A DNA stretch of 63,309 nt, the filler included, from Sanchytrium tribonematis (taxonomy: Eukaryota): NCBI GenBank assembly GCA_018985235.1. It is 20 parts of 20 records of this genome, joined end to end, with 100 filler letters (N's around TTAATTAATTAA, not from the genome) between each part and the next. Parts side by side here need not be neighbours in the genome. Positions count along the whole stretch, not along the records: positions 33,188 to 35,440 come from JADGIG010001089.1; positions 35,541 to 37,789 come from JADGIG010001090.1; positions 37,890 to 40,134 come from JADGIG010001091.1; positions 40,235 to 42,467 come from JADGIG010001092.1; positions 42,568 to 44,795 come from JADGIG010001093.1; positions 44,896 to 47,119 come from JADGIG010001094.1; 14 more parts are not named here. One strand, given 5' to 3'. This document shows positions 33,188 to 45,559 of this stretch, one piece after another (the stretch's first letter is position 1; every line of letters begins with the position of its first letter). A program made the position numbers and the translations under genes. The notes beneath the pieces are model-generated. The model was given only the letters and a program-made list of their open reading frames with translations. It did not search any database and was not told the DNA's origin.

Positions 33188-35440
33188 CCATCAATCTAGA
33201 CATTATTTGGCAATATATGCGAATTACCTTAAACAGGTAAACGGTGTACCGGTGTTTCTAGGGTTTGACTGAATTCGAGAATAAGGAATGTTTTGATGCT
33301 AATGAGCATATTCATGCTATTGAAAAAGTATTGCAATCATATCACAGACATTGGATTTGGACTAAAGCAGCTTTAGTCGAAAGTCACAAAAAGAATTGAA
33401 AGATCAATTGCAACGGAATATACAAGAGACAGAATTAAGACTGTCAGAGATGCATATGAACTAGCAATTACTCTTGAATCAGATTTTGAACCCTCTCATG
33501 ATCATAAGAAAAAGCGAGATCATCGAAATGAAAAACCATTTAAACCATTCAAGAAGTATAAGCATGATTCAAAGAATGAAAAACTAGAGTTTAAGAAACC
33601 ATTTGGAAAACCAAAATTTCCTTTTCCTAAGAAACCGTGCAAAGGAGATCATCCTAAGGCGGAAGAAATCAGTAAAGAATTCTGAATCTTATCTACCTTC
33701 TTGCATCTTAAAAGGGAAAATTAGGAATAATCTATTCCCGTTTTTATTTGACACTGGTGCTAGCCATAGCTTTATGCCGATTAAGACTGCCCAAGATTTA
33801 AAACTCCCAATATCCAAATCAAGCCACACAAGCGCGACTTAAGTTAATGGTCATGGAATTAAAATCTTAGGAGAAGTTTCCGCGAATGTATGCTTTGATT
33901 TGATTCCGTTACGAATTAAATTCTTAGTAATAGATACCGGAAACGAGAAATCAGTTATAATTGGTAGAGATAGCATGTTTGAATTTCAAATTCGAATCGA
34001 TTTTGATTCCGAATTCGTATGGGTAAAAGGACATCGGCATTGTCAAGGAAGAAGTACAAAAGATGTTGGAAAACGGAATTATCGAACCATCAAATTCAGA
34101 TTGGAGAGCAGCAGTGGTGCTGATTCCAAAACCTAATGGTCAAGTGAGATTCTGTGTCAATTACAAGCCACTTAATAAGCATACAAAATTTGATGCTTGT
34201 CCACTTCCTAACTTACAAGCTTTATTGCACAGTCCGAATGGCGCTAGATACTTTATTGTACTAGACCTTAAGTTTGGATATTGGCAATTAAAAGTGGAAG
34301 AGGAAGACAAAGAAAAGACAGCTTTCGTGACACCATTTGGACTTTATCAATTTACGGTAATGCCTTTTGAATTGTCTACAGCTCCAGCTACTTTTCAACG
34401 ACTTATTGACTCAATTTTTGCAGACAACATGAATAAAAATTATGTTGGTCTATCTAGATGACCTACTAATTTATACATCGTCATTTGAAGAACTATTAGA
34501 AAGGTTCCAGAAGGTCCTAAAGAAATTGGCCTTACATGGACTGACATTGAGTGCCAAGAAATGCTATTTGGGAATGACAGAAGTAGATTTCTTAGGATTC
34601 AAAGTATCAAATAATGGAATCCAACCAACTGAAGCAAAAATTGAAGCAGTAAAAGCGTTCAAACCCCCTCGGAATTAAACTGAAATAAGACAATTTGTAA
34701 GATTTACGAGCTTTTATAGATGCTTTATCCACAAATATGCCACACTTAGTCAACCACTGTATGAATTAACTAAAAAAAATGCGGAGTTCCTGTGGACTCA
34801 AAAGCAACAGCAAGCTTTTGAAACCTTGAAAAGTGCAATACTGTCACCTCAAGTACTACTTGCACATCCTCAATATGATCTCCCATTTTATGTGGAGCAG
34901 TATTAGTTCAGTTTGGATGAAATCTAGCACAGAATAGTGCTATTTTAGGACATGCAGGATCACAGCAGGTATCTATATACTTATATGATTACTAAACAAC
35001 CTAGAATCAAAAATTTACTACAACACCAATTTGAAGCTAGAATCCCTGCAAATATTTTAGAACGAATATATATCGATTTCAAGGACCACTACCTATTCAT
35101 CCAGATCACCATACTGATGAAAAATACATAGTAAGTATACTTGACGATTGCTCAAGATTCTTAAATGCTATACCAACAAATTCCACAAAAGTCGATAATG
35201 CAATTGATGCAATTCAGAGACATTGGATACAAATCTTTGGTCCACCAAAAGAAATTGTTGTGGATATGGCATTATATAAAAGCAAAAAGTTTATCGCTTT
35301 TGCTAAATCAATAGGTGCTAAATTACAACAAACTGCACCATATGCTCATTTTCAGAATCCTGTAGAAAGACTTCACAGAGAACTGGATAATAAAGCTAGA
35401 GCATACAAGCATTCACATAATGCACATTGGACAGAGGCTT
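33188..35440 (+). mobile_element. Decayed Ty3/Gypsy LTR retrotransposon (gag remnant, protease, RT, partial RNase H, integrase) with frameshifts and stops
   Basis: FLFDTGASHSF protease; RFCVNY, LDLKFGYWQ, KTAFVTPFGLYQF, YLDD; integrase-like IFGPPKEIVVD and NPVERLHREL. Confidence 0.93.
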
Positions 35441-35540
35441 NNNNNNNNNNNNNNNNNNNNNNNNNNNNNNNNNNNNNNNNNNNNTTAATTAATTAANNNN
35501 NNNNNNNNNNNNNNNNNNNNNNNNNNNNNNNNNNNNNNNN

Positions 35541-36245
35541 TTCATTCGCGACAAATTAGTAGAAGAATTTCAAATTGATCCAAAAGCCATTTACACGCTA
35601 CACGCCAGTCAATTTTACAAATCTTTATCCCCGGAACAAGTAGAATTAGCTAAAAATGGTAATTACAACTTTGATCATCCATTTGCATTTGATTGTGAAT
35701 TATTATTTCAGACTTTAAATAAAATCCTCAAAGGCGATTCTGTGAATATCTACAAATATGACTATACAACTTACCAACAAAGACAAATAGGCACATTAAA
35801 TCATACGCCATCCATTATTCTAGTCCAGGGCATTTTAATTCTTTATTTTGAGCAAATTCGCAATTTATTGAGCATGCGATTATTTCTAGATGTGGATTCT
35901 GACACCCGTCTCAGCAACACTGTCATAAGAGATTCCACTAACTCTAATAGACCCAATAAAGACATCAACCAAGTTCTAGATCAATGGCTGAGCTATGTCA
36001 AACCATCTTTTGAAGATTTCGTATTTCCCTCTAAAAAGCACGCAGACATTATCGTGCCTCGTGGAATTGATAATTTAGTGGCATTAGACTTAATTATCCA
36101 ACATATTTATGATTTATTCAAATCAGGCCATTTAAAATTCCCTCAAAGATTAGAAAAGATTTGCGAAGAATCTCCCACATCTCCACGAATTGACACGTTT
36201 TTATTTGATGATGGCATCAGTATTTACAAACCAGTACCAGAATAA
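35541..36245 (+). CDS. URK1: Uridine kinase, 5'-truncated
   Basis: YNFDHPFAFD upstream of the listed ORF; FLDVDSDTRL; YVKPSFEDFVFPSKKHADIIVPRGIDNLVA. Confidence 0.88.
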   Translation, partial: FIRDKLVEEFQIDPKAIYTLHASQFYKSLSPEQVELAKNGNYNFDHPFAFDCELLFQTLNKILKGDSVNIYKYDYTTYQQRQIGTLNHTPSIILVQGILILYFEQIRNLLSMRLFLDVDSDTRLSNTVIRDSTNSNRPNKDINQVLDQWLSYVKPSFEDFVFPSKKHADIIVPRGIDNLVALDLIIQHIYDLFKSGHLKFPQRLEKICEESPTSPRIDTFLFDDGISIYKPVPE

Positions 36246-36254
36246 TAAATGAGT

Positions 36255-36548
36255 TTATTGTAATGTAATTTTAAATGGGTATTTCTCCTGCAAAATCTGA
36301 TTCACTTTCTGCCTCAAATCTGCTTTATTCATTTTGACTGACTCTGTGATGATTTCATCTTCTAGTTCTTCCATTATATCAATTAAATCATTGTTATCAT
36401 CGTCATTCAATCCATTAAAGAAATCATTCAAATCATAAATATATTTCAATAAAGATGCCTTCTCTTCAAATGAAGTGGCTATTTGATACTTTCGAATGAT
36501 TTGGGGAGGTGCTATAATGGCTATTGCGTATATTAATGGAAAGATCAT
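36255..36548 (-). CDS. Small hypothetical protein with a hydrophobic N-terminus
   Basis: 97 aa; TATTTAAAG 30 nt upstream; CAATAAA at the stop. Confidence 0.6.
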   Translation of the reverse strand: MIFPLIYAIAIIAPPQIIRKYQIATSFEEKASLLKYIYDLNDFFNGLNDDDNNDLIDIMEELEDEIITESVKMNKADLRQKVNQILQEKYPFKITLQ

Positions 36549-36776
36549 TTAAAATTGAGATACGTCTATCTTTAAATATGAAATCTCTAAAACCAACGAA
36601 TCAACGCGCATCAAATGACTGCCAAATTTGCAATTTTAAAACATTTGGATTCTATATTTGACGTGCATCTCACCCCATCACTTCCAACATTCCGAATCAA
36701 ACAAAGATGCCATTTCGAGAATGATCGAAATCCATTTACCCAAGTTTGACCCGCGAAACGATAAATATTTTCAGAT

Positions 36777-37789
36777 ATGAGCGTATTAACGTCAGATTCT
36801 TCTTATTTAATCTACAATTTATTAGATCCTGTAGATATAAGATCTCTATCTTGTATTAACAAATCATTTTATCAACACATGCAGTCTTTTATCCATCAAT
36901 ATTTTAACATATCCCCAGATAATCTGAATGCCCTCTTAAATACCACTCACACCATTCCAAACCATTTAAATACCATCGTAATCAATGGATCATTTGATAA
37001 CATTCAATTATTATCCAATTTATTAAAAAACAAGACTTGCACGACCCTGTATTTAAATTCAAACGTCGTTGACAAACCCTCTTTTTTTAAATTAAAATCA
37101 TTTTTCACGCAAGTCAAGATATTACATGTATATGATGATGCATTATCATGGATTAATCTCAAATTATTCCCAATTTGCCACACTTTACACATTTATAATC
37201 ACGCTGATGGATCCCAAGTCAGTAAAATCATAAATACATCCATAAATGCACTTTACACACATGAATGTGATTTCCAAATTCATACGGAATTAGAAGATTA
37301 TGTATTTGGTGATTCTACAGCCATCCAACGCGTAGAGCAACAAAATCAAATTCAACAAATGCAATATTTGCATGTTTTCAACAGTAAAATGCAATTTAAT
37401 GGCATCGTATTTGAATTATTAAATATGACAGCCTTGTGGTACCCCAATTTAGTCATTTTACAACTTTGTAATATCCCTCCATTCCAAAAAATGGATTCTA
37501 TTGCCAAATTACCCAAATTGCAAATTTTAGTATTTGAATTCAAATATTTGCATTTAAAATCCATCCACGTTCCTCCTAAATTAAAATATATGCAATTTAA
37601 TGTCAAAGAATTCATTTTAGAGTGTGATTTACCCAATATCAATGAAATTCATCTAAATTGTCACATCATCAAATCCAAATTATCGATTCCGAGTTGCAAT
37701 CATTTTTATTTATCCAGTCAACATGGTAAAATAGAATATATGAATGGTCAATGGTATTATTATAAAAAGAAATGGGATAAAATTGAAAA
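36777..37789 (+). CDS. F-box-like / degenerate LRR protein, 3'-truncated
   Basis: N-terminal L..D...LIYNLLDPVDIRSLSCINKSF (F-box-like); LxxLxL repeats. Confidence 0.6.
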
Positions 37790-38094
37790 NNNNNNNNNNN
37801 NNNNNNNNNNNNNNNNNNNNNNNNNNNNNNNNNTTAATTAATTAANNNNNNNNNNNNNNNNNNNNNNNNNNNNNNNNNNNNNNNNNNNNTTTCTTGTTGC
37901 TGTTTAGATTGCTGTTTTTGTGTCATTGTTTAAAGGAGGGGGAACATATGTTTGTACCTCACCCTACTTAAGAGAAACAAGCTCTTAAATCTTGTAAAAT
38001 TATGGGATATAGCGACACCGTTGTCGATTAAAAGATAGTTTACTGATTTAAAATTTAACATGCTGAATTTTTTGAAAGGTGGATTCTTTTCTTT

Positions 38095-39361
38095 CTAAGT
38101 TCTGTTTGTATAAACTGTGCGGGCAAAAGAAATTGTGAGTTGCTCCAATTTCGATATCTTTTCCTCTGAAAGTACAATATCTTCATCATTTTCGTTATTG
38201 GGAATTGCAAGCAAGATTTTCATTTCTTGTCCTATTAATACTCGTGCATGTCGATGCAGTACCAAAGCTGACTCTCTTGAGAGGGCAGTCGACTTTTTTC
38301 TGGTTGTGTTAAAACTTTTAAAATCATGAAAACCGTTGTATGCATTCCACATTGCTCTTCTAGGAAAAATATTGATTTTAAGGTCGCGAACATTTTTAAT
38401 GTGCGAAGAGCTTAGAGGCTTTGATTCATCAGAATCATCATTTTCTAGCATATTTAACTTTTTTGTGCTACGAGAAACTGCCGATGATGAGAAAGGAATT
38501 TTGTTTTGGGGTTCCAAATTTGCAGATTCTTTACAAAACATTCCAGTTCCTATTTTGCTTATATCGGAGCATTTGATTTGACCTGAGTCTGTACCACTGG
38601 CTACCTTGGAAGTTTCCTTGGCGCTGTTGCTACCGAAAATTAGTTTTCGCAATCCATTTTTTAGCAATGAAACTTTTCCATAGGTTTCTACTATTGGGAC
38701 CTCCGTATTGTTTTTAAGAGCTTCTTTTCTTTTTTGATATGCTACATATTCTTTCAATACTCCCTCTTCTACTGGAACTCCATGTACTGTTCTCAATAAC
38801 TTTGATGGCAACAATGCATTAAGCAGCTTGTTTTTTCCAACCAATTTTCCGAGTTTAGTTGGTGTTGGAGGCTTTCCTAAATTAAAACAAAGTACTAACT
38901 TCATCCCATTCTTTCAAAAATGCATTCATGTCTACTGAATGAAGTATTTTGCTCTCTTCCTCAGACACTTTGCGTTGTGAAGCATATTTCAATAAATCTC
39001 GATCTCTTTTCTCTCTCCTCTTTCTAGATTCATCCAGTTGGGCATGCAAAGCTGAAAATGGAGACTCTTCAAAATATGGAAACCCATTTGGATTAGACAA
39101 ATTGCTAGTCACTGCACTACTCAAATAGTTGGTGACATTTTGTTCATCTGCAAAATTGGACTTTTCAAAGTTCTTTGGTCTCTTTTCTCTGAAATTTTTG
39201 ACTTCAGGTAATTCACGAGATTCAAATGCTTCTCCTCCATGTGAAATACTTTTTCTTGGAATGGCACTTTGTGAGTTCTGACTTGGCTTGACCCTGATGC
39301 TGTTGCTTGAATTTTTACAAGAGTTGACTAAAACTGAGCTAATTGAAGATAAATTTTTCAT
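38095..39361 (-). CDS. Hypothetical protein; exons 39361-38896 and 38876-38095
   Basis: The 159-aa and 269-aa ORFs are joined in frame by a 19-nt GT-AG intron. Confidence 0.7.
38877..38895 (-). other. 19-nt spliceosomal intron GTACTTTGTTTTAATTTAG (phase 1)
   Basis: GTT A|GA AAG joins the two ORFs; the alternative upstream GT (23 nt) leads to an early stop. Confidence 0.78.
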
Positions 39362-39508
39362 GGCCTTTTGGAAATTTTGGTCAATATTTTATGTACAAAT
39401 GGCATTACTGATGCGAAGGAATTTATATTTGATAAATCATCAATGATATTTAACATGATACCTCATTCAGCTATAGACTTTTGATTTATTTTTCAAACTT
39501 TTGGAGAT

Positions 39509-40134
39509 ATGGCAAATACTGTCAAAAGGAAGCTCTTGCTTTTAGGGAAAAGTGGTGCGGGAAAGACATCCATGAGATCTATTATTTTTAGCAATTATTT
39601 AGCAAAAGACACCCGCAGATTAGGTGCAACAATTGATGTAGAGCATTCTAATGTCAGATTATTAGGAAATTTAGTGCTTAATTTGTTCGATTGTGCCGGT
39701 CAGACTAATTTTCAGAAGAATTTTTTAACCTCGCAAAGAGATCAGATATTTAGAAATGTCCAAGTACTTGTTTACGTTTTTGATGTATCTAGTGAACTTC
39801 AAGAAGATTTAGATTTTTACGTCAAATGTCTCCAAGCTTTAAATGAATACTCAAAACATGCCAAAGTCGTCTGCTTGGTTCATAAAATGGATTTACTGCC
39901 TGCAGATACTAGAGAAGCACAATATCAGCATTATGAACAGACCCTAAAACACGTCAGCTCAGAATACCACATGACGGTAGATTTATTCGCAACTTCTATA
40001 TGGGATGAATCTTTGTATCATGCATGGTCAAATATCGTTATCAGTCTCATTCCAAACATACATCAACTCGAAACTCATTTAGAATCTTTTTACAATTTAT
40101 TAAAAGCTCATGAAATTATAGTGTTTGAAAAGAC
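39509..40134 (+). CDS. GTR1: Rag GTPase RagA/Gtr1, 3'-truncated
   Basis: GKSGAGKTSMRSIIF, LGATIDVEHS, HKMD, TSIWDESLY.AWS. Confidence 0.96.
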
Positions 40135-40234
40135 NNNNNNNNNNNNNNNNNNNNNNNNNNNNNNNNNNNNNNNNNNNNTTAATTAATTAANNNNNNNNNN
40201 NNNNNNNNNNNNNNNNNNNNNNNNNNNNNNNNNN

Positions 40235-42467
40235 CATGATGTACAATATTCATTATATCAGATTGATTTTGTGCTGGTGCTTCTAATATGCCTTGAAACA
40301 CATTGCTTAATTCTCTCATATTGAAAATATAGTGAAATTTAACAGCAGTGGGTAAAAATTGGATACAGGCTCTTTTATGGATATTCAAGACACTATTCAG
40401 TACTTGAGTGGTATTAGATTGACAAAAAGGATTGCCTTGCTTTAAAATAGTGCCATAAATATGATTTAAATCTGCATCATTTGGTGAATTTAACACTAAA
40501 ATGCTAAAATGTCGTTGTAATCTCTTGCTGATAGTGAAATTACCACTAGTAGGATTCATTGCACAGATATATTGACAGTTAATCACATCTTTTAATTGCA
40601 TTTTAGATTTATCATACCAATGCGAATAATCCAAGTGCTGTCTCAATAGAGTGTGACAGCTGACTGTACCATATTTATCTACTTCTGGCATGTTTAAATC
40701 ATCTATAAAATATATTAATTTCTTATTTCCAACTGGTCCAAAAGTTTTACCTACTTTCTTTTCCAATGGTTTCTCTAATATTGGCTGTAATAATGAACTA
40801 GTGGTGTAATAATTGAATGGGATATTAATAAATGAGTGTGTATCACTAAATTGTTGCAATTTCTGCTTGATCAAACATGTTTTACCTACTCCAGCCATTC
40901 CAACCAATAAAGTGGGATGACCATGTTTTATTAAAATATCCAATAAATAATACTGTCTAATGGTTTCTGTGATGGGTACTAGAGTATCAAATATAACATC
41001 ATTCAAATCTACTTGTAATTGTTTCGTATTCCAATTTAAAAAGGATTTAGACTCAAAATCATAATAAACGTCAAATACACTCAAATCAACTGGAAATAGA
41101 TTGAATTCATTCTTAAATGCTTTAGAAAACTCTAATCTATAGTCACATGCTATATCTTGCATGATACACCCACCAAATGCCCAAACAGCACTAAATGCAA
41201 AATATCCTTCAATAATCTCCTTTTCAAATATTTTGATTAAAAAGTGATCAAGGAATCTAAATAGAGTGTTTATCATGTTATATGGTAATATATCACAATG
41301 TTTTACCTTTTTAATCAGCTCTAAACAGAATGGAACATATCTTTCAAATAATTGACTTAAAATAGCTCTTTCATTTGCATCTTCTCTCTTTTGAATCCAA
41401 CTATTTATAATCGCATTATAACTCACATCATTCTGTGAAATATATAAAATACCTGCTCGTGACACTGTTGCAGGTGTGGCATATTTTAAATCCCCAATTT
41501 CAAATACCAATCTCATATTATTTTTAAGTGGAATTCTCTCATTACTGGCCAATGTCAACACTTTATTATCGTCCATAACAGTATTTAGTGATTCTATCCA
41601 CATAGGATCAATATCCCCATCTAATAATATCCATTTTGGATCATTATTTCCATTTGCAAAATCACGCATGACGGTGCTAAATAATCCATCTCTCCATTCT
41701 CTAGTAGATGGATTCATATATCCAAATAATTCATCATTTGTCACTGCTTTAGGATCCAAATCCACAAATTGACATTTCCTATTTAATTTGTGGTAGGCGC
41801 GTGCCAAAGTTTTCCATACTTTAGATTTACCAGTTGCAGCATCACCAAGAATAAAAACACAGTGTCTGACTTGTAATAATTCTTCTAATTGTACACATTT
41901 TAAGATAAAATTGTCTTCTGGCTGTAAATTCAATTCCAAACATGAATTTACAATTTCTTGTTCCAATAAAACATCCCTTTTCCTAGCAACTTCTAATTTA
42001 GGAAATAAATCAGCAATTAGACCCAGAAAGATTGGAACATCTTCTAATACAATTTTAGGGATATTAAAATCTCTTAAAGCACGCATTAAAACTTGATCTT
42101 CTGGAACATTTGCTGTTTCACTCCGCTTCAAACTACCAGCAACTACCAATACGCTCTTGATGGCTCTTAATCCCCAGTCATAATGATCTTGTTTACTCAA
42201 CAACTCTCTATTTAATTTATATAATGTATTAAATTTACGGGCTAGAATATTTGCATTTGTAAAACCTTCTGCCATCAACATGATTTCCATAATTAACTCC
42301 AAATTAGGCACCACCATACTACATGGTCTGAAGAGTGCTTTCAAATTATCAGGTAATTCTGCCCTTCCAGCATATCCAGGATTCATTGTGATCCAAATAC
42401 CAACAGTTGATTTTAATTTGATTTCTTCCCCTAAAAAGTTGAATTTATTCTTCTTTGCTCTCAAAGC
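40235..42467 (-). CDS. Axonemal dynein heavy chain, internal fragment (end of AAA1 to AAA3), outer-arm beta/DNAH9-11-17-like
   Basis: ITMNPGYAGRAELP, LSKQDHYDWGLRAIKSVL, P-loops GDAATGKS and GMAGVGKT, DGDIDPMWIESLNTVMDDNK. Confidence 0.93.
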
Positions 42468-42942
42468 NNNNNNNNNNNNNNNNNNNNNNNNNNNNNNNNN
42501 NNNNNNNNNNNTTAATTAATTAANNNNNNNNNNNNNNNNNNNNNNNNNNNNNNNNNNNNNNNNNNNNTCTAGATAATATTGTTGAAAATTCCGACTCGGA
42601 ATATGTACAATCAATTCCTTCCGATGAACTCTGCAGCTTTGAAGGTACAGAAAGTGGTTCTGAATCTGACAGTGAGTATGGCGAACAAATTACCCGCTTA
42701 CAATGATATTGAACTGAAAATTCAGTGATCAATTCTAAATTCGATCAACAGAGCACATATTGCTAGAATATTCGCAGAACTCTTCCCTTATTCTGTTCAA
42801 GCTTCAAACTATAACCTGAAACAAGCACATGTTAATGTTAGGTCTTTTTAATTTGGCCTGATGATATCTAAGAGCCTATCATTGTTGTCACGTCACATCA
42901 TCTTGTTTATAGCTGAGTTGTATATCCCGACTTTGGGCTTTC

Positions 42943-44795
42943 ATGATTTTGTTTCTCGTGCTTTCAATTATTCACGGTATCTCAGACTGTGATCTACTGA
43001 TCCAGCTTGGCCAGCAAATGATTATTGATGATTACTTTATATCAGACATATTACCTGACTGTTGTAACACTGGCTATGTGGTCTGTGATTCTAATCAGCA
43101 AATCGTGCTAGAAGTAAATTTTCAAGGAGTTTCTAGTAATGGTGGAGGTCACGTTGACCCATCTTTTATCCCTGTAAATGTGACTCATTTGGATCTGTCG
43201 TACAACGGTTTAATTGGAGAAATTCCATCATTTGAATTGCCTTATCTCAAAAGTATTACACTTTCATACAATTCATTTGATAGTATTCATACGGGTGCGT
43301 TTAGTTCATCATCAATACTGAATGAAGTACACCTGAATCACAATATGATTGCGGGTGAATTAGTTCTACCTGATTCTGTTGAGACAATTGATGTATCTTT
43401 CAACAAATTAGCTGCGATTAATTCGCCTGTAAATCTAATTCATTTAACAGCTAATGATAATTTATTAATAGATTTCCCAACATTTCCTGAGAACCTCGTT
43501 GATATAGATGTTGGTAATAATGCGTTCAAGGCAGGCCCACTCCCTGAATTCTCAAGCAGTTTAATTACAGTAATAATTCCAAATTGCAATAGAAATGGTT
43601 CTTTATATGATTTAAAGTCGATCCAGACTTTTCTGGCCAACAACAATCATTTTGAATCGTACCCTTCTGTTTCCAATAACATGTATAATATTAATTTGGA
43701 CTTCAATCAAATGAAAGGCTCAATACCAAATTTTGGTGGTGCTGTCATTGTACGTGCAAAAAACAATCAATTATCTGGTAGTATTCCAGCGTTTAGTGGC
43801 TCTATCACAGACTGTGTTCTCTCAAATAATCAGTTGACTGGATCTATCCCACAAATTCCAGGTCAAATGCGCATGTTAGATGTAGGTAATAATCTACTGA
43901 CAGGAAATATACCGACTGGTGCAACGGCGTTATACAGGCTTATAGTTTCCAATAATTACATGAGTGGAGACATCTCAGGACATTATGTTAGAATGTTGGC
44001 ATTAGTTTTGAATTCACCTTCGACAACTGTCAACTCAGAATCATACACCGCTTTGCCAAATTTTGATCCCTATGTAAATAATTACAAGATTAATGATTTC
44101 ACAGGAGATGTAACAGTTTGGCAGTCATATTACATTGGAATATCAAATACTCGATTGAATTCATTCACGATTCAGATACCAAGCAATCCTGCTTTTTGTA
44201 ATATGGCGAATAATGAACTCACCAATGATATTTCTAATTACAACTGTTTAAAAACGCCCACTTATACAGCAGCTGTTAAACCTGATTGCGATTTATTGAG
44301 CTTGTTTTTACTTAATTTACAGCTCAACAGCACCAATCCGACCAAATTTAACGAAATAGCAACACTTTGCTGTGCTTCTCCTCACATTTCTTGTCAGAGC
44401 GATCATATTATTTCAATTACTCTAACAAATCTAGGTTTAAAAGGAACTTTGGATGCCAATTTGTTGCCAGCAAATTTGAAAACTCTCGACCTTCAGTTGA
44501 ATTATTTGCATGGCTCTATTCCAAACAACTTTCCATCAACCTTGGAAACTTTAAGACTGGACAATAATATGTTTGAAGGAAGTATTCCTCAATTTCCTAT
44601 GAATTTAATTGAGCTCTCCGTCATAGGAAATTATCTATCCGGAACTGTCCCATATTTGTCGTCTCTCAAGATTTTGAAGATATCTGCGCAGCCAAATTCC
44701 GTAAGTCACCCCCAGCTAAATAGATTCACAACCAATAGACTTTCTGGCACACTCGTTTTAAATCAACCAAATGTACTGTTTGCCACACGTAATTC
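42943..44795 (+). CDS. Secreted LRR protein with two Cys-cap/LRR modules, 3'-truncated
   Basis: MILFLVLSIIHG; SDC...DCC cap; many LxLxxNxLxGxIP repeats. Confidence 0.9.
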
Positions 44796-44895
44796 NNNNN
44801 NNNNNNNNNNNNNNNNNNNNNNNNNNNNNNNNNNNNNNNTTAATTAATTAANNNNNNNNNNNNNNNNNNNNNNNNNNNNNNNNNNNNNNNNNNNN

Positions 44896-45410
44896 ACTTC
44901 TTTTTGCTTTTGCTCTAGCCATCTTTCAATTAAATCTTTATTTTCTTTTTTTAATTCAGCACATTTCTCATCTAATTTTGCAAGTTCTAAGTTTAACAAG
45001 GATATTTCGTCGTGAAGCAATTCAATACCTTTATCTTTTTCCATTATCACCTCTTTTAAAGTTTGTATTTCTGCTAATTGTTTTTCTACTACAATCGATG
45101 TTTTATCTAAGCTTGATTTTGACTTTAAGAAATCTTGTTGTTGCGAGACATTTTGAGTAAGCAGTTTTTCACACCGCTTCTTCAATCTTTCATTTTCAAG
45201 TGATATTGCGTGGTTGTCGGCTTCCGACTGATGATACAATCTCATAAATGTAGATTCTTCCTCTGATTCATTTTTCATTACAATTTGATTTAACTTTCGC
45301 AATCTTTCTATTTCATCCTGGAGATAAACGATATGGTGGTACGGTTCCAAGTTGAGCTGGTCTCTTTGATTAATTTTATTCTTGAGGTATTCCTGCATGT
45401 CGATGGACAT
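44896..45410 (-). CDS. ATG16: Autophagy protein Atg16-like coiled coil, 3'-truncated
   Basis: N-terminal ..RD.. helix and LHDEISLLNLEL...LKKENKDLIERWL. Confidence 0.75.
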
Positions 45411-45559
45411 TGTATGAAAAAATATATAATATTTGATTATCATTGTACCCAAGATTCATTCACTTTATGATGTGTATAATAATTGGTAATATAGCGTTAA
45501 ATTGAAATTTTAAGGAAGCTCAGGTGGGGGTTATTTTCAAAACGAAGTGCGAAATTTTG